Below are positions 58,233 through 64,000 of a stretch of DNA of 64,000 bases, in pieces. The notes beneath the pieces are model-generated. The model did no database searches and was not told where the DNA came from. It worked only from the letters and a program-made list of their open reading frames with translations. The translations under genes were made by a program, and so were the position numbers. The first letter of the stretch is position 1. Each line of letters begins with the position of its first letter. This DNA comes from an uncultured Chloroflexia bacterium. GTDB taxonomy: Bacteria; Chloroflexota; Limnocylindria; Limnocylindrales; CSP1-4. Location of the stretch: NCBI GenBank assembly GCA_963813535.1, contig CAWEZH010000002.1:1024001-1088000 (forward strand). Direction: 5' to 3'.

Positions 58233-58802
58233 ATGGACACGCAGGGATACACGAGCCAGTTCGGGACCGCGAGCGGGACAGCGAGCGGTCGAGGGCAGCT
58301 AGCCCTGATCACGTTCCTCGTGGGTGGGCTCCTCGGGGCCGGGCTCGGCTGGAGTGCAGCCAATCCGGCGACGACCCCGTCCGCCGTCGGCACCGCCGAC
58401 GGTGCGGGAAGCGCGGTGGTCGCGCCGGCCGTGGCAGCGCCGTCGGCGTCACGGGCACAGAAGGCGACGCCGGCCCGCCGGTCGATCGCCGTGGCCATCC
58501 CCGGCGAGCGGGACTACATCACGTCGTCGAAGCTGGCCGTCGCAGGGACCGCGTACGGCCGCCCGCACGGTCCGCGGGTCCGATCCGTCCAGGTCGAGCT
58601 GTACGTGGCGGGCGAGATGATCGACCGCGCCGAGCTCGACGTGTTCTCCTCGCGGTTCGCCGGAGTGCTCGAGCTGCCGACGCTGCTCGGCCGGGTCGAC
58701 GCCGAGTTGCGCATCAGCAACCCGACACGGCCGTCGGGTCCGATCGTGGTCCGGCACGTCACCATCCACGCCCCAGCCGGCACGGAGGACGCATCGGGCT
58801 AA
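58233..58802 (+). CDS. Membrane-anchored/secreted protein with a possible Ig-like C-terminal domain
   Basis: AGGAGG RBS, TM helix, Ala/Pro linker, beta-rich end. Confidence 0.7.
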   Translation: MDTQGYTSQFGTASGTASGRGQLALITFLVGGLLGAGLGWSAANPATTPSAVGTADGAGSAVVAPAVAAPSASRAQKATPARRSIAVAIPGERDYITSSKLAVAGTAYGRPHGPRVRSVQVELYVAGEMIDRAELDVFSSRFAGVLELPTLLGRVDAELRISNPTRPSGPIVVRHVTIHAPAGTEDASG

Positions 58803-58827
58803 CCACCCGAGGGGGAACCCTCCGAAA

Positions 58828-58870
58828 CCCGAGGCGACGGAGTCCGGCTGGGGCCGGCCCGTCGCCTCGG
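58828..58870. terminator. Hairpin between convergent genes
   Basis: CCGAGGCGACGG ... CCGTCGCCTCGG inverted repeat. Confidence 0.6.
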
Positions 58871-58907
58871 CGTGCAGGCGGGACGGTCCGCGAGGAGCAC
58901 GCTCAGG

Positions 58908-60113
<1,206 letters not shown>

Positions 60114-60136
60114 GGCGCATCGATAGTATTCGCGGC

Positions 60137-61033
60137 TTGGACGACGAACCGACCTCCGCCTCACGGGTCTTGGGCATCGGCGAGCTGCTGTGGGACGTGT
60201 TCCCGGACGGACCGCGGCTCGGCGGGGCACCCTTCAACGTCATCGCGAACATGCGGCGGATGGGCTATCCGGCAGCATTCGTGTCGGCCGTCGGCGACGA
60301 CGAGCTCGGTCACCGGGCGACAACGGCTGCCATGGACATGGGCATCGACCCGGCCTTCATCGCCACGTCGCGCGAACTGCCGACCGGCACGGTCTCCGTC
60401 GTGCTCGACGCGGCCGGCGGTCACCGGTTCGAGGTCACGACCGCGGTGGCGTACGAATCGATCACCGGGAACAGCGGCGTCCTCGAGCGGATCGAGGCGT
60501 GGGCGCCCGAAGCGATCGTCTTCGGGACGCTGGCCCAGCGCTTCGCCGGCACGCGCGATCTGACGCGCCGGGTGGCGGCCGACCCAGGCCCAAAGGAACG
60601 CCTCTACGACGTCAACCTGCGCGACGGCTGCTGGACTCCCGAGCTGGTCCTCGACCTGCTCCCACTCGCCACGGTCGTGAAGGTCGACGATGCGGAGGCC
60701 GCCGTGGTGGCGAGCCTGCTCGGATGCGACCGCACGGCGGCCGCCATCGGCGAGCGACTCGCGGCGGGATCCGGCGTGCACACGGTCTGCGTGACGCGCG
60801 GTCCGAACGGCGCTGAGATGTGGTCGAGCAGCGTGATGTCGACCGTTGCGGGGATCCGGGTCGCGGTCGCCGATACGGTCGGTGCGGGGGACGCGTTCGC
60901 GGCCGCCCTGCTGCACGGGATCCTGGTGGACATGCCGGCCGCGGAATCGCTCGGCTTCGCGAACAGGCTTGGGGCGCTGGTCGCCTCACGTCCGGGTGCC
61001 CTGCCGTCCTGGAGGCTCGACGAGATCCTCTAG
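60137..61033 (+). CDS. PfkB family carbohydrate kinase (fructokinase-like)
   Basis: GELLWD, GGAPFN, DVNLR, DTVGAGDAF. TTG start 7 nt after TAGTAT. Confidence 0.92.
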   Translation: MDDEPTSASRVLGIGELLWDVFPDGPRLGGAPFNVIANMRRMGYPAAFVSAVGDDELGHRATTAAMDMGIDPAFIATSRELPTGTVSVVLDAAGGHRFEVTTAVAYESITGNSGVLERIEAWAPEAIVFGTLAQRFAGTRDLTRRVAADPGPKERLYDVNLRDGCWTPELVLDLLPLATVVKVDDAEAAVVASLLGCDRTAAAIGERLAAGSGVHTVCVTRGPNGAEMWSSSVMSTVAGIRVAVADTVGAGDAFAAALLHGILVDMPAAESLGFANRLGALVASRPGALPSWRLDEIL

Positions 61034-61062
61034 GTCACGTCGGACAGCAGGTCGTCGCCGGA

Positions 61063-62742
61063 TCAGACCGCGACGGGTTCGCGGTACTCCCCGAACACGC
61101 CGCGCAGGACGCCGCACATCTCGCCGAGCGTGGCGTACGCCTCGGCCGCGCGGATGAAGTGCGGCATGAGGTTCGTCTCGCTCGAGCCCGGACTCGAGGC
61201 GGCCTCGCGCAGTCCGGCCAGGGCTGCCTCGACCGCGCTGGCATCGCGCTCGCGCCGCGTCCGCTCCAACCGCGCCATCTGGCGCTCGAGCGATCCCGGC
61301 GGCACTGCCAGCACCGGCACCGTCGTGTCCTCGGTCTCGTCGACGAAAGCGTTGACCCCGACGATCCGCCGTTCGCCGGCGTCGAACTCGCGCTGGTAGC
61401 GATACGCGGCATCGGCGATCTCGTGCTGCGGGTAGCCCTCCTTGATGGCGGCGACCATCCCGCCCCGCCGGTCGATCTCGTCGAGGTACCGCCAGACCTG
61501 ACGCTCGGTCTCGTCGGTCAGCGCCTCGACGAACCAGGAGCCGCCGAGCGGGTCGACCGTGGCGTCGACGCCGGTCTCCTCGGCGATCACCTGCTGCTGT
61601 CGGAGAGCGAGCAGGGCGGCCTCGGCGGTCGGTACCGCGAGCGCCTCGTCGTAGGCATCGGTATGCAGCGACTGGGTCCCGCCCAGCACCCCGGCCAAGG
61701 CCTGGAGGGCGACCCGGGTCAGGTTGTTGAGCGGCTGCTGGGGCGTCAGCGAGACGCCGGCCGTCTGGGTATGGAAGCGCATCCACGCCGATCGTTCGTT
61801 CTCGGCCCCGTACCGTTTCGTCATCAGGTCGTGCCAGATACGACGGCTCGCCCGGAACTTGGCGATCTCCTCGAAGAAGTCGGAATGCGAGTTGAAGAAG
61901 AACGACAGGCGCGGCGCGAAGTCATCGACGCGCAGCCCGCGCTCGATGGCGGCCTCGACGTAGGCCATCCCGTCGGCGATCGTGAACGCGAGCTCCTGGA
62001 CGGCGGTCGAACCCGCTTCCCTGATGTGATAGCCGCTGATCGAGATCGTGTTCCAGCGCGGCATCTCGCGCGTGCCGAACTCGATGGTGTCGGTCACGAG
62101 ACGCATCGACGGCTCGGGTGGGAACAGGAATTCCTTCTGGGCGATGAACTCCTTGAGGATGTCGTTCTGGAGCGTGCCCTCGAGTCGATCGCGCGGGACG
62201 CCGGCCTTCTCGGCCGCGACGATGTACATCGCCCAGATCGGGGCGGCCGGCGAATTGATGGTCATCGACGTGGAGACCTTCTCGAGCGGCAGCCCGGCGA
62301 GCAGGACCTCCATGTCGGCCAGGCTGCTCACGCCCACGCCGCACGTCCCGAACTCGCCCTCGGCTTCCGGGTCGTCGGTGTCGTAGCCGTACAGGGTCGG
62401 CATGTCGTAGGCGATCGAGAGGCCGGTCTGACCGGCAGCGAGCAACTGGTGGAAGCGCTGGTTCGTGTCCTCGGCCGAGCCGAAACCCGCGAACATCCGC
62501 ATCGTCCACAGGCGGCTGCGGTAGCCGGTCGGGTGGATGCCACGTGTGAACGGTGGCTCACCCGGCATGCCGATGCGCGTCTCCGCGTCGCCGTCGGCCG
62601 ACCACGGCCCATACAGCCGCTCGATCGGCATGTCGCTGATGGTCGAGAACCGCGGCTTGCGCTCCGGTGCTCGATCGAGCGCCGGCTCGAGGCGGTCGTG
62701 CTCCCACTGCGCACGGCGGCGGTCCGTCGGGCGGTCGCTCAT
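61063..62742 (-). CDS. B12-dependent acyl-CoA mutase large subunit, isobutyryl-CoA mutase type (IcmA-like)
   Basis: [54 protein letters not shown]; no fused B12 domain. Confidence 0.93.
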   Translation of the reverse strand: MSDRPTDRRRAQWEHDRLEPALDRAPERKPRFSTISDMPIERLYGPWSADGDAETRIGMPGEPPFTRGIHPTGYRSRLWTMRMFAGFGSAEDTNQRFHQLLAAGQTGLSIAYDMPTLYGYDTDDPEAEGEFGTCGVGVSSLADMEVLLAGLPLEKVSTSMTINSPAAPIWAMYIVAAEKAGVPRDRLEGTLQNDILKEFIAQKEFLFPPEPSMRLVTDTIEFGTREMPRWNTISISGYHIREAGSTAVQELAFTIADGMAYVEAAIERGLRVDDFAPRLSFFFNSHSDFFEEIAKFRASRRIWHDLMTKRYGAENERSAWMRFHTQTAGVSLTPQQPLNNLTRVALQALAGVLGGTQSLHTDAYDEALAVPTAEAALLALRQQQVIAEETGVDATVDPLGGSWFVEALTDETERQVWRYLDEIDRRGGMVAAIKEGYPQHEIADAAYRYQREFDAGERRIVGVNAFVDETEDTTVPVLAVPPGSLERQMARLERTRRERDASAVEAALAGLREAASSPGSSETNLMPHFIRAAEAYATLGEMCGVLRGVFGEYREPVAV

Positions 62743-62788
62743 GCGGCCGACTCTAGCACCGGGTCGCCCGTCCTTCGACCGCGGTCGG

Positions 62789-63400
62789 TCAGCGCCCCCC
62801 GAAGGCATCGACCGCGGCCTGGATCTTCGGGTCGGGCAGATCGTTGGTGATGACCACGTTGACGACCCCGCTGTCCTCGGCCGGCCACGTCACGACGGTC
62901 TGGATGCGGTCGGCGGTCCGCGTGTCCAGTCGATATCCGGTGCGGCCGGCGACGTCCGGCGTCGACTCACCCGTGATCTGGGTCCGGTTCGCGACGCGGG
63001 CGCTGGCCTCATAGAACCCCATGACGTCGTCTGCGCCGAGGTCGGGCGCCTGGAACACGACGAGAGCGGCCGCCCGATAGCCGCCGAGATCCCACGTGCC
63101 ACCCGCGAACTCGACCTCGTCGAAACCCGCGTCCGCGAGGCTTCCGAGGCTGGCCGGGCTGCAATGACGTCCCGAGTCCAGAGCGTCGGGGCCGCGGCCC
63201 TCGTAGGCGGTCGGGATGCGCGCCTCCAGCTCCGGGACCGCGCCGACGGCCCGGCCCTCGGATGGGCAGCCCGCCGCCGGATCGAACGACGCCGACGGCC
63301 CTCCGCCCCCGCAGCTAGCGACCACCGAGGCGGCGACCAGGGACCCCATGAACAGCACGCCGAACAGCCGGAGACGAGGGCGTCGGTATCGATGGGTCAC
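62789..63400 (-). CDS. Hypothetical lipoprotein
   Basis: Basic N-terminus, hydrophobic core, lipobox VASC; TAGGCT 6 nt upstream. Confidence 0.75.
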   Translation of the reverse strand: MTHRYRRPRLRLFGVLFMGSLVAASVVASCGGGGPSASFDPAAGCPSEGRAVGAVPELEARIPTAYEGRGPDALDSGRHCSPASLGSLADAGFDEVEFAGGTWDLGGYRAAALVVFQAPDLGADDVMGFYEASARVANRTQITGESTPDVAGRTGYRLDTRTADRIQTVVTWPAEDSGVVNVVITNDLPDPKIQAAVDAFGGR

Positions 63401-63555
63401 CGTCCAAGCCTAGCCGCGGCGGCCGGTCGGTGCGTCCGGGCACCTGGTACGGGCGTCCCACGGATGGTGCGTTGGTGCGCCCGACCATCGACCCCGGCCT
63501 TGCGGGACCAGAAGTGCCATTGCCCTGGAGCCATCGGAGGCGCAGTATGTCAATC

Positions 63556-63795
63556 AAGCCGACCTGCGATCGAACCGGGGACAGCACCTGGGGCGTCGGT
63601 CACGGAACGGGGAACGGACGCTCACTCGAGGAGGTTCGAGGGAGGGATCCCGGTCCTCGATCACGAGCCGAGTAACCGGATCATTCGGCCATCAGGCCCG
63701 TAAGGCCGTTGGGTTGGCAGCACTGATACGAACAGGGACGCTCATATCATCGCCCCCACTGGTCGCCCTCCGGATATCCGGGGGGCGATCGTCGT
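63556..63795 (+). ncRNA. Candidate structured ncRNA, family unrecognised
   Basis: TTGCCC-N17-CAGTAT promoter at 63520-63548, several hairpins, nine GGA motifs, strong terminal hairpin. Confidence 0.45.
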
Positions 63796-63798
63796 GTG
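63761..63798 (+). terminator. Terminator-like hairpin
   Basis: GGTCGCCCTCCGGA/TCCGGGGGGCGATC followed by GTCGTGTGT; may also serve the convergent gene. Confidence 0.65.
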
Positions 63799-63813
63799 TG
63801 CCCGTCGTGTCCG

Positions 63814-63999
63814 CTAGGCCGAGCGGGTCGCGCGGGCCGTCGCCGGATGACTCCGCCGCCCGATGCCGCGTGCGTCGAGGTCCGCCTGGACGACCCGTGC
63901 CGCCGCCACCAGGTCCGGATCGCGTGTGACGGTGCTCACGACCCAGTCGATGTACGACGGCTCGAAGGCCGCGATCTGGCCGAGCGTATGGCCGTGGAA
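63814..63999 (-). CDS. C-terminus of a protein with an FGK-x-G-type (DUF3820/ExoX C-terminal-like) domain; runs off window
   Basis: Manual translation FHGHTLGQIAAFEPSYIDWVV...stop at 63814. Confidence 0.6.
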   Translation of the reverse strand, partial: FHGHTLGQIAAFEPSYIDWVVSTVTRDPDLVAAARVVQADLDARGIGRRSHPATARATRSA

Positions 64000-64000
64000 C

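Noticed and set aside
63556-63600. Resemblance to the c-di-AMP (ydaO) riboswitch (GAACCGGGGA...TGGGG)
   Set aside because: The downstream conserved elements (GTGAAT, CCGAACCCG.CAGCTAAC) are absent and no same-strand gene follows.
63547-63675. 42-aa ORF with GGAGG upstream
   Set aside because: Atypical codon usage and overlap with the predicted -10 box; the RNA interpretation is preferred but the ORF is not excluded.

Overview
High-GC bacterial chromosomal window, densely coding. Gene style suggests Chloroflexota (Limnocylindria-like) or an actinobacterium; this is inference only. Housekeeping and metabolic content: carA/carB, tRNA-Lys(CTT), folE, thioredoxin, galK, a PfkB kinase, an M16 peptidase pair, SRAP, an AlkA-type glycosylase, a nucleoside hydrolase, an aldehyde dehydrogenase, MMPL/MFS/ABC-2 transporters, and a butyryl-CoA cluster (thiolase, acyl-CoA and 3-hydroxybutyryl-CoA dehydrogenases, MeaB, B12-binding subunit). 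The matching mutase large subunit lies 23 kb away and carries isobutyryl-CoA-mutase residues. Regulation is rich: three ECF sigma factors, two anti-sigmas, three large AAA/STAND-LuxR regulators, an extended MarR and an ArsR. Best leads: (1) an unclassified GGA-rich ncRNA candidate of about 240 nt at 63.55-63.8 kb; (2) a tandem double-loop PyrR-type attenuator before carA; (3) a shared GGG-N5/6-CSY-SAT box linking the STAND-LuxR genes, two paralogous ECFs and small membrane genes; (4) a stand-alone HTH + PD-(D/E)xK nuclease gene; (5) a CopC variant paired with a non-CopD membrane protein; (6) an integrase relic at the tRNA; (7) pervasive leaderless genes. Seven +1 frameshifts between 34 and 58 kb are most likely sequencing errors. 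No CRISPR array, rRNA or intact mobile element was seen. All calls come from motif reading, with no database searches.
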